A DNA stretch of 64,000 bases from Azolla caroliniana (Eukaryota > Plantae > Polypodiophyta): the NCBI GenBank assembly GCA_043228905.1, contig JBHGNT010000002.1, positions 14,508,001 through 14,572,000 of the forward strand, written 5' to 3'. The translations under genes were made by a program, and so were the position numbers. Every line of letters starts with the position of its first letter. The stretch's first letter is position 1. Shown here piece after piece: positions 37,289 through 50,318 of this stretch. The notes under the pieces are model-generated. The model ran no database searches, was not told where the DNA came from, and was given only the letters and a program-made list of their open reading frames with translations.

Positions 37289-40200
37289 TGTTGAGAGACA
37301 AGCTCAACATCGGCCGGATCGGCTGAAGAAGCCGAGGACCGGATCAGTTGGGACCGATCGGTTAGGACGAGTGCGTAAACCGGGAGGCCGTTAGGAAAGA
37401 TATTCCGTGAGGAATATATTTGGGAGTTAGTGTAGGAGCTCTTAAAGAGCATTGAAGTGCGGTCAGTACTTCGGTCAGTCTTTCGAGGACTTGTATAAAA
37501 GTGTTCATGGAACACACATATGTATAGAGTAGTGAATCGAGATCTTTTGTTGAATATAGTTCTTGTGTTTTCTCTCTCACTCTCTCTGTCTCTCCCGCGT
37601 ATATTGCGTAAGCTCAAGCTCTCCATTAAACCTGAGTTTTCTTCCTTCTGTTCGGTCTTCATACTTGCTTCCGCACGTTACTTTTTACATGGTATCAGAG
37701 CGCGAGGGTTGAGAACCTCTCTGTAGCCGACACAGCTTGACAAAGAAGAACAAGAAGAACGATGGATAGAGGCATGGCGAGCTCACTTCCAACAGAGAAG
37801 CTCAACAGAACCAACTACGCATCTTGGTCTTACAAGATGCACCAGTACCTGCTCGGGCACGGCTATTGGAGTTATGTCGAAGGAGCTAATGACGCGGCAC
37901 CCGAATCGACATACAAAGACTTCCCGTCGTGGGAGCAATCGGCGAGCAGGGTATTATACTACTTTGCGTCGTGTGTGGGCAAACAACTATTGAGCTATGT
38001 TCGGGATGCAAAGACGCCGAAGGGTGCTGGGAAAATATGAAGAAGATCTTCGCCACGAGCACCACAGCCAGGAAGCTTCAGCTCCGACAGGAGTTGAGCA
38101 ACCTACGACAATGCGACTTGTCGGTGGCGGACTATACCTCGAAGATCAAGGATATCTGCGACTCCCTCGCCTCCATAGAGGTGAACATCGAGGAGAGCGA
38201 GATGGTCCAGATCTGTCTCGGAGGTTTGGTGTTGAAGTTCGGATTGTTCCGGACGACTGTGTGTACCCGGGAGAATACGCCGTCCTTTTTCGACTTACAG
38301 TCAATGCTCCTGGTAGAGGAGAACCACGCGGGTGCATCTACAAGCACGCACACCGACAGCAGAATGCTGTACACGGAGGGAGATAGGCCCCGTGGAGGAC
38401 GAGGCGAGTCAGCGCACAATGGAGGCGGCCGACGAGATCAAGGAAGAAGGCACCGAAGTGATGCCGACAGCAACTCCGGACCCTCCCGAAACAGGGGGAG
38501 TCGAAGCGATGAGAACCGGCAAGGGAAGGCCATCGCGGAGTGCTGGTACTGTGGCAAGAAAGGCCACAGGGAAAGTGAGTGCTGGAAGAAGCACGCCGAT
38601 TCGGAGAGAACCGGTTCCGGAAACGGCTCTGGACATACCGACAAGGGAAATCGGCAGCGATCACACTACGCCGAAGACTCTGGGAGAGCCAGACAAGGGT
38701 CTGCCTTCGTGACGAGACACAAAGCAAAGTCAATGAAACGGATCACCCCGAGATCGGACGAGGTGTGGTACGTAGACTCTGGCACGTCAAACCACATGAC
38801 GAGCCATAAGGAGTGGTTCTCGTACCTTGAAAAACCGATACAACCTGGAGTAGTCGCAACTGGAGACGACATTCCGCATCCGATCGCAAATGTCGGAGAA
38901 GTTCCCCTTAGCCATGTCGGGCAGAAAGGGAAACTCATGAACGTGCTGCACATTCCGACAATCACGAAGAACTTGGTCTCGGTCGGATAGATCGTCGACC
39001 AAGGGATGGAGGTTCGGTTTACACACCTCGGGTGCTTCATTGAGGAAGAAGGTCGTGTGATTGCGCAAGGGCGCAGAGACGGGAGGATGTTCATCCTCGA
39101 CTCCACTGACGGCGGCACCACAATGTTTGCGAAGGGAAGAAAAACCGAGTCGGACATCGACTTGTGGCACAAGCGGATAGGCCACGTCAACTACCAGCGG
39201 CTTCAAGATTTGCAATCGAAACAAGTAGTGTTCGGATTGCCCAAATTTAGTGGCCGAAAGGCACAAATTTGTGAAGCCTGCCAGCTCGGGAAGCAACACT
39301 AACTTCCTTTCCCCAACGAGCAAAACTGGAGCCGGAATAAGCTCGACCTTATACACTCCGATGTATGGGGGCCGACACAAAACGTTAGTCTTGGCGGGAG
39401 CCGATATTTCGTCTCCTTCATCGACGACCACATGCGACACACGTGGATCTACCTCATTGAGAGGAAGAGCGAAGTCTTCGACTATTTCCGGGACCTCAAA
39501 GGGTTCATGGAAACGGAAACGGGACGAAAGATCAAGTGCCTGCGGTTGGATGGCGGGAAAGAGTACTTTTCTGGTCAATTCAAAGGTTATCTACAACAAA
39601 TGGGAATTCGGCGCGAATTCAGTTGTAGATACACGCCAGAGCAGAACTGCGTGGCCGAGAGGAAGAATCGGTCAGTTGTGGAAGTGGCACGGGCAATGTT
39701 GGAGGAGAAGAGCTTGCCCAAGTTCTACTGGGCCGAGGCGGTAAGGACCGCGGTATACATCCAGAACCGGATCGGAGACAAAGTGTCGGCGCACGAGCTG
39801 TATTTCGGAACGAAGCCGAACTTGCGACACTTGAGGGTGTTCGGTAGCATTGCGTATGTACATGTACCAAAGGAGAAAAGGAGGAAGCTGGACGCGAAGG
39901 CCGAGAAATGCATCTTGGTCGGTTACTCGGACGAGCAGAAGGGTTATAAGTGCTATAACCCTCGCACCAAACAAGCGTGTGTTACCCGTGACGTTGTGTT
40001 TGACGAGTCCGCGTCTTGGTACCAGCCCCCGACTCCGAACCCCAACTCCAATCCGAGCTCTGACGATGAGGTCAGCGAGGCCGAGATGCCTCCGGATGAG
40101 CCCGAAATCGAGACCCGCGAAGAGAGTCCGATTTCACTCCGTTTAAGTGGATCGATTGGACGACTGAGTCGGTACGACCAGTCCGATGAAGAGTCGGCGA

Positions 40201-42984
40201 GTAGTGGAGACTCGGTCGTGCATTCCCCACGCAGGAAGCCGAGGAGATGGCTTACGCGCAAAGAGAAAGGGAAGAAGAAGGTGTCGGATTCCGGCACGGA
40301 TAGGAACGAGTCAGACCGACACGAGTCCGACTCCGAGGGAACCGGTGACGGGTCTTTAAAGGTGAAGACCGCGTTGACCGAGAAGGCCTCGACATCGGCT
40401 AATGTGAGATTATGCCGATCTACCCGCTAGAAGAATCCTGTTTTGTGATTCGGATACAACGAGTACATGGCGCATCATTATGCGTACATGACCCATGTAG
40501 CGGAAGTGTGTGAGCCGGAGAGCTACGCAGAAGCGGCTAAAGACGCGAATTGGCGTGCCGCGATGGAGGAAGAGATGCACGCATTGGCAGAGAACGAGAC
40601 CTGGGACCTGGTTGACGCACCAAGAGGGGTAAAACCGATCGGGTGTAGGTGGGTGTACAAGGTCAAGTACAACACCGATGACTCGGTCAACCGGTACAAT
40701 GCTCGGCTAGTGGCAAAGGGCTGCGCGTAGAAACACGGCATCGACTACGATGAGACGTTTGCGCCGGTCGCGAAAATGACGACCGTCCGTGTTTTGCTCG
40801 CAGTAGCTGCGGTGAAGGGGTGGCACTTACATAAGATGGATGTAAAGAATGCGCTCCTGCAAGGTGACCTTGAGGAACAGGTGTACATGGTACAGCCCCC
40901 CAGATTTCACTCTAGAACGAACTCCTCGGCAGTATGCCGACTGAAGAAGTCCCTTTATGGACTGAAGCAAGCCCCGCGTGCCTGGAACGCGAAGATCACG
41001 CAACAACTGCGTCAGACGGGCTTTGTCACGTCAAAATCGGACTCTTCCTTGTTCATTCGCAAAGGTCGACTCGGACCGGTTAGTATTTTACGATATGTTG
41101 ATGACTTGGTCATCACCGGCGCCGACCTACGTGAAATCGACCGCGTGAAGCTCCAGCTTGCGGCATCGTTCGACATGAAGGATATGGGGGACCTTCATTA
41201 CTTCCCCGGGATCGATGTGATCCGTACCCCCGAAGGCATATTGATCAGCCAACGTCACTACGTGCTGAGTATGCTCTTCAAATTCGGTATGGCCGACTGT
41301 AAGTTAGTCTCGACTCCTCTGGACAGAACCATCAAGCTTCGTCCTGATACGGGAACGGTATGCGAGCCGACGAGGTTCCGACAAATTGTCGAAAGCCTCA
41401 TATACTTGACCATCACCCGACCCGACCTCAGTTATCCGGTCGGAGTGATCAGTCAATTCATGGCGCGACCTACCGAGGAGCACCTTCAGTGTGCGCAACG
41501 CATACTTCGGTATGTCAACGGCACTAAGGACCGGGGACTGCTATATCGGACCGGTGTAGCCGCGCAGTTGGTCGGCTACACCGATGCTTATTGGGCTGGC
41601 AACGCCGCCGATCGCCGATCCACGTCTGGATACGCGTTCTCCCTCGTGAGTGCCGCGATCGCGTGGAGCAGTAAGAAGCAGCCGACAATTGCACTATCGA
41701 GCACCGAAGCTGAGTACCGAGGAGCGGCTGTCGCGACATGCGAAGCCATATGGTTGAAGCGGCTACTTAAGGACCTGCAAGAGGAGGTGTCAGATCCGAC
41801 GATGATCTACTGCGACAACCTCAGCAGCATCCAGCTCGCGAAAAACCCCGTTTTCCACGCACGGACCAAGCACATTGAGGTGCACTACCATTTCGTCCGT
41901 GAGCGTGTCCTTTCCGGTGAAGTCGAACTTCAGTATGTTCCGATGGATTGGCAGACTGCCGACATCTTCACTAAGCCCCTTGGTCTGGACAAGTTGCGGC
42001 AATTCTCCGGTGCGCTCGGATTGCGTCACCTCGACGTGCCAAACTTGAGGGGGAGAACAGTCCCGAACTACCAAGCAAAGCAGCAGGAAAGGAGCGGAGG
42101 CCACGACACCGAGTCGGTTGACTCGGCTGTTGACTCGGTTGTCGAGTTCGACTTCGGATCGGCTGAAGAAGCCGAGGGTGGACCCGCGGAAAAGTCCGAA
42201 AGCGGATAGAAGGGGAGTAGCCGGAGGAGAGAGCCGAAGCCAACCACGCATGGGGAAGATGACGCCACCAAGGGCGAGAAGACCGAAGACGAGTTGGAGA
42301 CAACCAATTCGGACGAGAGCGAAAACTGATCGGAGGTAGCTGAGTCGGTTCAGATGTTTGATTCAGATACGCTGAATCAACCGAGGCCCAAGCGGAAGAA
42401 AAGGCAGCAGGAGAAGCGTCAACACCGCAACAGCAGAAGAGCTGATAAGGGCCGCATGAGCAGACAAGCCGACCGGAAGGGTCGAAGCGCGCGGAGTCGA
42501 ACAGGTCGAGGAGCGCGAGCGAGGCATGAAGCAAGGAGGAACCGGAGCTATGAGCCCAAGGATCCTGAAGAGCCTCGAGTTGAGCTTGAGGGGGAGTGTT
42601 GAGAGACAAGCTCAACATCGGCCGGATCGGCTGAAGAAGCCGAGGACCGGATCGGTTAGGCCGAGTGCGTAAACCGGGAGGCCGTTAGGAAAGATATTCC
42701 GTGAGGAATATATTTGGGAGTTAGTGTAGGAGCTCTTAAAGAGCATTGAAGTACGGTTAGTACTTCGGTCAGTCCTTCGAGGACTTGTATAAAAGTGTTC
42801 ATGGAACACACATATGTATAGAGTAGTGAATCGAGATCTTTTGTTGAATATAGTTCTTGTGTTTTCTCTCTCACTCTCTCTGTCTCTCCCGCGTATATTG
42901 CGTAAGCTCAAACTCTCCATTAAACCTGAGTTTTCTTCCTTCTGTTCGGTCTTCATACTTGCTTCCGTACGTTACTTTTTTACA
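37289..42984 (+). mobile_element. Full-length copia J (A/B/I superfamily), disrupted
   Basis: LTRs 37289-37689 and 42597-42984. TSD CCTTT at 37284-37288 and 42985-42989. PBS TGGTATCAGAGC at 37690-37701. PPT 42586-42596. Confidence 0.96.
37762..42209 (+). pseudogene. Copia gag-pol of J with stops and frameshifts
   Basis: CWYCGKKGHRESEC, WYVDSGTSNH, LRLDGGKEY, KMDVKNALLQG, RYVDDLV and ADIFTKPL in consecutive ORF pieces. Confidence 0.93.
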
Positions 42985-45059
42985 CCTTTGTTCTCCGCGC
43001 ATCATCCTGTGCTCTTCACTGTTCATCCGCCGATCCCAGCAACTCACCGCTTCGCCTTCCGTCCCATGCTTGCCTCTCAAAGGCTCGACCGGACCGCTAT
43101 CACCGGTCACTTGTTGCCGCTCTTCCGGGTGCATGCTTGTTCCTTGGCCCTTCGCCGACCGTAGTGCATGCTCCGTTTCACGCCCTTCACTCGCCGTAGT
43201 CCCGATCCCCACATCGGGCTCTTCTTCCTTCGTTGTCGTAGTCCTTTCCGGCTCCGTTTGGCCCTCTTGGCCCCGCTTGTCCGTCTTTCCGCACCAGATA
43301 CCCGTTTTGGTAACCTCGTCCGCTCTAGCCTCCTCTTCCTCTTCCTCGATCTCCTTGTCGTCAACTTGGCTTGCCACGCATGTCGTTACCACTCCGACTG
43401 AGCTGCCGAGATCTCCGAAGCGGGTGTGGAGGACCCTCCTTCGGTCACTGATACCGTTTCCAGCTACCGACCCCTGCAAACTATCCTGCGCCTGGTTCCC
43501 GACCCGCCACCACCGTGTGCTGTCTTCCACCTTCCTTGCCCGACACCGCCTGTGCTGAACACCGTCTTGTACCCGTGCTTTAGTTTGACCCTCGTTGGCC
43601 ACACACACGTCTTCCGATCTACTTCTGGGTGTGCCCTTTCGGCTCGACACACCACTCCCCACTTGGGTGTCCTTGGTAGCTTTCCGTGCTGCTACCCATG
43701 AAGGATCACCCTTGCCCGTTTCGGCCCGCTTGGCCTTCATTGTTCTCGCAATGCCTTGGTTGCTCGGTGCCTTAGCTCTTACGGCCTTCGTCTCCTCGCC
43801 GCCACCGTCAGTCTCTTGGTCTTATGTCGGCTCCGTTGTCGACTGCCGAAGTCTCTAGAACCAGTGTGGTGGATCCTCTTCGGGCCTCTGATCCGTTAGG
43901 CAACTGACTCGTGTACCAAGCGCATCCGATCTCCGTCCTTCTGACCTGGCCGATTGGGTCCGGTTTCGGTCTATGGCCGCATCTCCGGACTTATACCTCT
44001 TTCCACTCTTCCGGCCCTTTGTTTGTTGGATCTCATTCACCTGCCGCAGCCGTCCATCTCTCTAGGTCTCACACGGGCTCTTGGGCCGACCACCGGAGTC
44101 TCTGGATTGGTGTGAGGATCTCCATAGGACTGCCCCATTGTTGCCTTTGCCCTCGTACCCTCGTTGCCACCGTCAGTGTCTTGGTCTTACGTCGGTTCTC
44201 GAGCCGACTACCGAAATCTCTAGCTTGGTGTGAAGGATCCTCCTTGGGCCTCTCATCTTTCTCGACCCTATCCCGGGTGGAAAGGGTGGCTCGCTCGACA
44301 CCCTCTCCCGTGGTACCGATGTACTGTGTTCCCAGCCTCTCCGTAGGCCTACTTCCTCCTCCTTGCCAGATCGGTTATTCGGAAGTCCGCTCCGCCCGGT
44401 TCTCGTCCAGGTCCATCCGTCACTCTCTGGATTGCCGGGTCCCATTCTCCTGCCACCACCGTCAGTATCTTGGTCTTACATCGGATCCGATGCCGACCGC
44501 CAAAGTCTCTAGCCCGGTGTGAGGTGACCCATAGGACTGGTCTTCGTTCTTCGCTTCCGGATCGGTTATCCGAAAGTCTGCTCCGCCCGGTTCTCGTTTG
44601 AGGCCACCGACCCTTTTAGTGGTGTCGGTGGAAAGCATCCGCTCTACGATCGATGAAGCCCCGCCTGGGCTTGATTCGGCTCCGATGCCGATCCTGCCAG
44701 ACTCGTTCTATACTCTCGATCATCTTCTTCCTGACTCCCGAACTTCGCCCGATCAGTCTTTCTCCCCATGTAAAAGAGGGTGGCTCGTCCCGCACCCTCT
44801 CCTATATCGGCACCTTCATACTGAACCCGGCCCCTGTCGATTGGCTCTACTACCTCTCCCTTGTCTTTCGTGTCTCGGGCCGGTTTCGGTCGAATGATCC
44901 ACATCCGGATCGTGCTCCAACCGAATCGGAATGCCGACCAGTTCGATCCCTGATCGGGTCAACTTCCAATTCCGCTCCCTTCGGCGCTGCCTCTCATCTC
45001 GTCCTTCTTCTCTGTTGTGGCTCCGTCCTTGTTTCCCATCCATCTTTGTTGGCATGGTG

Positions 45060-46110
45060 CTAGGACTCCTCGCTGGCGCCTTCCATCTCCCCGGTCTTAT
45101 GTCGGCAAATGGGCTCGACTGCCAGAGTCCCCGGAATCCGCATGGAGGACTCTTCTTCGCTCCCAACCTCTTCCTCGGTTGGTCTTTCTCCGCAAGTCGA
45201 CAGGGCGTCTCGCTCCACACCCTCTCCCGTGGTACCGTGGTACCATCCTTCGGCCTCTACTTGGGCCATGTCCGCCTTGTTCGGAAGCCTGACTAGCTCC
45301 GAGTCTTCGGAATCCGTTCGCGTGCCAGATCTCTCTTCTTCGTCAACCATCGCCTTCAGAGCCTCGTGCGCTTCCCGGACCAAGGCTTTGACATCGAGCT
45401 TTGCCGATCCTTCTTGTTGCGTGCCCGCTTCGTGCTGTGATGACATGCCGTTGTGCATTATCTTCCTTTTGCCTTTCATAGACCGCTCCTCATCCAACCG
45501 TCGGCATACTCGTTCGACTTCCGACCAGTCCTCAGTAAGGCCATTCACTCCGTCGTCATCTTCGAGCTCAATTCCGATGGCCTCCCGTTCCGCTCGATTG
45601 ATTGACCTAACGAACAACAGGACTTTGTCCACCCCCACCAGTCTTTGATCCCGCTTCGGGATCCGAGCAAGCCGCCACTCGAACTCTCAGAACGCCTTTG
45701 TTGCGCCCCGGTGGGTCTTCGCCGATGCAACCCATTGGTCAAAGTTGTGTCGTCCCCAGCTCTTCCGCCGTCCTCCGTATGCTTGCAGGAGCACCTCTTT
45801 GAAGGCCTCCCACGAACTATGAGCTTCTCTGAGCTCCTTTACTCCCTCATGCATACGGATGACAACGACCCAAGAGAAGAACTCCAGCCTCAACGCCTCA
45901 TCTACGCTTCGCACCTCCATTTTTGCGTTGTAGGCTTCCAAGTAGAATGGGACTTTGTCCCCGTTGAAATGGCCGACTCTTTCGACCACTCGCTCAATAG
46001 CTTGATGTGCCGCTTCCTGTCTCATCATCACTCGTCCGAACTCCTTCACCACTTTGGCCACCATCTCCGTGAAGTCTTCGTCTTCCAACTCCATCCTCCC
46101 TTGCCACCCT
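45060..46110 (-). pseudogene. Gypsy gag of G (disrupted)
   Basis: HFNGDKVPFYLEAYNAKM...SWEAFKEVLLQAYG and VLLFVRSIN...GLTEDWSEVERVC, directly after the PBS. Confidence 0.75.
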
Positions 46111-46128
46111 TTCATGTCGGGTTCACCA
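46111..46128 (-). other. PBS of G, complementary to the tRNA-Trp 3' end
   Basis: Plus strand TTCATGTCGGGTTCACCA versus plant tRNA-Trp 3' end TTCACGTCGGGTTCACCA (recalled, 17/18); 4-nt spacer to the LTR. Confidence 0.8.
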
Positions 46129-47761
46129 AAGATGTCGCGGTATTCCGCGTGCACATGTCGGATTAGGTGGGACCACCGGGGTCACAGACCAGGAAGAGAT
46201 GGATGTTGGGAGACCGACTCTCTCCGGTCCTTCCTGCACCGGCTATGGCGCAAACCGGAACGATTCCGGACGCGTACTAGAGGCTATCGAACACGAGAGA
46301 GGGAGAGAGAGAGAATACGTGCAACACCGACTCAACGCACGCTACCTATGTACAGAAAAGGAAAGAAGAAACTCCGAAGATGCAGACACAGACACAGACA
46401 CAGATGCACAAAACTTCATTATATATGTACAAGACTAAGATACAACTTCGGCTTCGAGTCGAACAAAGGTAGGTTAGGTTACAATAGTAGTATGCTGCCA
46501 AGCCGCCGATCGGGGAGCTCTCGGGCTCGTCATGCTGAGCGGGGTCTTGCACAGGAGACTAAGCAGAAGCAAACCCCGCAGGACATAAAAGCTCTTCATC
46601 GGACTAATCCCTAAACAGACACGGAGAAGAAGAACTCAAGAAACTCTAAAGTAAGAAGAAGAAGAACTAACACACCTTCGACCTAAGTGGTATACTCTCC
46701 TAACTCAAAATGGGCAAACCCTTTACAAGGAACCCTCCCTTCCTTTTATAGCCCAAGGAGGGAGGGACATTATAATGTGGGATAATTCCTCCCCTTTATT
46801 CTATACACCATTTTCCTACTATACATGTGCACATGTTGCACACTGCCGACTTGCCCATTCCATCTCGGTTTCACACCGTAGCCGGAAAGCTTCTTGACAT
46901 CTTCACACCAAAGATGTCGTGTTGTTATGCTCTCGCGTAGGAAACTAAAGTGGGACCGCAGGGGCCCTAGACTGAGGAATACCCGAAACAGAGGGAGGAG
47001 CAAGGCGAAAAAATGGGCCGGCGAGTACCGGCTACCGACAAGTAGGTACGCAGTGCTCACCGAGTGAACGATCCTCGACTCGTGCCTACCGGCTCAACGA
47101 CTACCGCGACAGTGTACGAAGAATGAATGGTAACACACTCTCGTCTGATTTCGCGCCAACAATGGGCTGAGATACACAAACAAATATGCAGAGGACTCAC
47201 AAAAAAGGAATTGATTGAGACAACTAGGAGAATACAATGCTCTTCGTGATTACAACCAGCAAGCCGGTGAGTGACCACATGCAAACACCTACACACATAG
47301 AGCACGCAGTGAAGCTCCTGCCGAAGCGCACGAGCTTCTCCCTCGAGTAGAGGCAATCAACCAAAACCTACAAAGCTCAATGAACGAAAACGAGAAGAGT
47401 GCTTGGTTCCCAGTCTAACAACACTTCGTCCTCCCCAAAACGTGATACTTGTTTCAGCCTTCTCCCCTCTCTTTTATAGGTCCCCGGGGAGAGCCGTCAC
47501 ATCCTGATTACATCATCCTTATTCTCTGTCCCTTCGGACAGAGATACACATCGATTTCTTAGCTAATAAACGTGTACTACCTAGTATATTTACATCAGCC
47601 GACCTATTCCTAATTATGTACAACTTATCAATACTTGTGCCCGCGCGTAAGGACCGGTTCATGCACCTTTTACACTGATTCTGCCTAAGGCCGGTTTTCT
47701 CCACGACATCCACCCCCACCATGTTAGATTAGATCCTTTGCCGGATAAGACCGGCCCACAC

Positions 47762-50318
47762 TCACCCTTCGCTCTCCGAATCGTTGTCTGCTTCGACCCA
47801 ATCATTGTTGTGGCCTGCGCTTGCCAGGTCCGGTTCGACTTTGTGTCGCTTCTTGAAGGCCTTGATCCTCTTCCCGGCTACTGGCACCGCTATGTGTGTC
47901 CCATCGAGCTCTGCGAGATGGTAAGTGCCGTTGTCATTTGTGCTCGTTACTGCGTAGGGCCTGAACCACCTCCTCGCGAACTTCCGCACCTCCTTGTGCT
48001 GGTTCTCGAGGTTGCTATCGTACACCAGCACCCAATCGCCTTCTTCAATCTTCTTTGGTCGTAGCCGGTGCGTTCGGTCGAACCGGCTCTCGTTTTTCAT
48101 CCTTGTGGCGTGCAACTTCGCCTTCGCCCGCTCCACGTCCTCCATTCTTTGCTCGAGCCATCGAATTTGCGCCGCCAATAGATCTTCCCATTTCATTTGG
48201 TCTCTCCATTCTATCGCCGCCCATGAGGAAATTGTCCATTCCATCAGTATGATCAGCTTTTGCCCATACATCAGCTCTGCCGGTATGAACTTGGTTACCG
48301 AACTATGCGTAGTTCGGTTCACCCACAATGCGTAAGGTAGAAGTCGCGACCAATTCCCGGCTCGCCCTTCGCATGCCCGTACTAACGCCTTCACAATTGT
48401 CCTATGCCCGCGCTCTACCTTCCCATTCGCCTCTGGATTGTATGCCATAGTGAGGAAAAGCTTAACCCCTACCCGGCTGAACAACTCGTCGGCTTCCTGC
48501 GCATCTAGCTCCCCCCAGTCAGCCACGATCTTTCCCACGCACCCATACCGGCACACCACTTCCTCAATTAGGAACCGGCACACGACTACAATTGTCTTGT
48601 TCGACAAGGCCCGACCCTCCACTTGGTTCATCAAATCCTCTCTTGCCAGCACCAGGTACCGCATTTGCCCTACCCCTATCGGCATTGTCACCAAGTCCAC
48701 CATCCACTTGAAGTGGATTGTCGGCAGGTAAGTCGGGTGCAGCTTGTCCCAATGCCGGACTATGGAATGCATCTGGTAGCTCTCACAAGTCGTCATGAAC
48801 TGATGAACGTCCCGGTACAATCCTAGCCACCAATACTTCTCCTTCAGCTTTTTGAACGTGGTCCACGTCCCGCGATGTCCGGACCAAGGACTCTCGTGAT
48901 ACGCCATTAGCAATGCCTCCTTCTCTTCCTTCTTCGCCACTACCCGGAGTAGGACGCCGCCTCGCTTCTGCGGGTGTTTCCATATGCTTCCGTCCTGTAG
49001 GAAGAACCGGTACGCTTTCTTTTGAATCCGGTTAGCCTCTCTTCTCTTGTCCACGCCCCGTCCGACGTCATCGTCTTTAGGAACCCACCGATCTGGAGCC
49101 ACTCCCCGTCATACTCGCCCTCCTCAAAGTCATTAAGCACCGGAGTGCTCCCTTCCCTCGTCGTCACGTAAGCGGACTCGAAGAAGTCCACGTTGACTTC
49201 CTCGTCCTCCGAAACCATGTCGTCTTCGTCATCAAACCGGCCATGGCGTTGTCCTTCCCGGAGATGTGCCGTATCTCCGGATTCAGGGACTTAATGTACG
49301 CGATCCACCTGAGCATCGCCAGGTCCGGCGTTGCGCATCTGGAAACCATACTAAGGATCGGTAGGTAGTCCGTCTTGATTATCACCTTTGTCTTGATCAA
49401 GTAGTCTTTGTCGGCCTTGACCACCGAAACGATACCCTGGAGTTCACGTTTAACTTGGGTGGATCCTCGTTGTTGCTCGCTAAGTACTTCCGCCCCGAAC
49501 CGAATGACGAACCTCATGCCGTTCTCGTCCTCCTGGTTGATCACCCATCCTATCCCGGTCGGGCTCGTGTCTACGGTCACGTAAATCGGGACCTCCTTAC
49601 CGTAAACCGCTTTCCGAAGTGCTGGCGTCGCGGTAAGCGCTTCTTTCAATCTCCGGACTGACTCCGTATGTTCCCCACTCCACTCAAACTTGCGCCCTTT
49701 CTTCAACAACCCGTAGAGCGGCTCCGCGACGTGTGCGTAGTGTGGAATCAAGATGTGGTAGAATGCGCATGCGCCCAAGAACCTCTAGACTTCCGTAACC
49801 GACTTGCAGTCTTCCTTGATTGCGGAGATGGCTTCTACCTTTGCCGGGTATGGTTTCCGGCCATAAGGTCCGCACAGGTGACTGATGACCATGATCTCTG
49901 ACTGCCTGAAAGCTGATTTCTCTCCAGAGAAGGTGAGCCGCGCGCTCTCGAGTCTCTGTAGCACCCTCTTGCAATCGTTGATGTGGTCCGCCACGAATCT
50001 CCAGCAACTATCCGGTCCAATCGATTCGTTCTCATCTTCCACTGGGCATCCTTTGATCGGGATGTCATCCAAGAATGGCATGGTGATGTCTAGGATGTAG
50101 TCCCTTAGCACTTTTTTCATCGCATTCACCATGTGTGCCACCGAGTTAGTCCCTCCTTGCGGTAGGGTACACATCTGCACTAGGCCGAGAGGAGTCCGCA
50201 TCGTCGTAATATCCCTGCTTTCCACAGCTAGTTGGAACTGATTGTACCCTAAGTACAGGTCATTGACTGAATAGATCGACCTTCCGGTGAAGGACTCCAC
50301 GAACTCGTCAATGGTCAG
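47762..50318 (-). pseudogene. Gypsy RT-RNaseH-integrase of H
   Basis: FLDDIPIKG, VTVDTSPTGIG, H..PWSGHRG...C.S.Q, YNPEANGKVERGH; gypsy domain order RT-RH-IN. Confidence 0.92.

Larger units (their letters stand above)
35973..46899 (-). mobile_element. Non-autonomous gypsy G (gag plus repetitive region, no pol); contains copia J
   Basis: LTRs 35973-36735 and 46133-~46899. PPT TGGGGGTGGA at 36736-36745. tRNA-Trp PBS at 46111-46128. Gag ORFs 45687-46154 and 45060-45638. No PR, RT, RH or IN motif recognised in the internal region. Confidence 0.85.

Noticed and set aside
42210-42596. env-like gene downstream of pol in J, I and B
   Set aside because: Short, highly charged frames with no signal peptide or transmembrane segment.
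46111-46128. tRNA-Trp gene (also at 56665-56682)
   Set aside because: Only the 3' 18 nt including CCA, adjacent to an LTR; this is a PBS.
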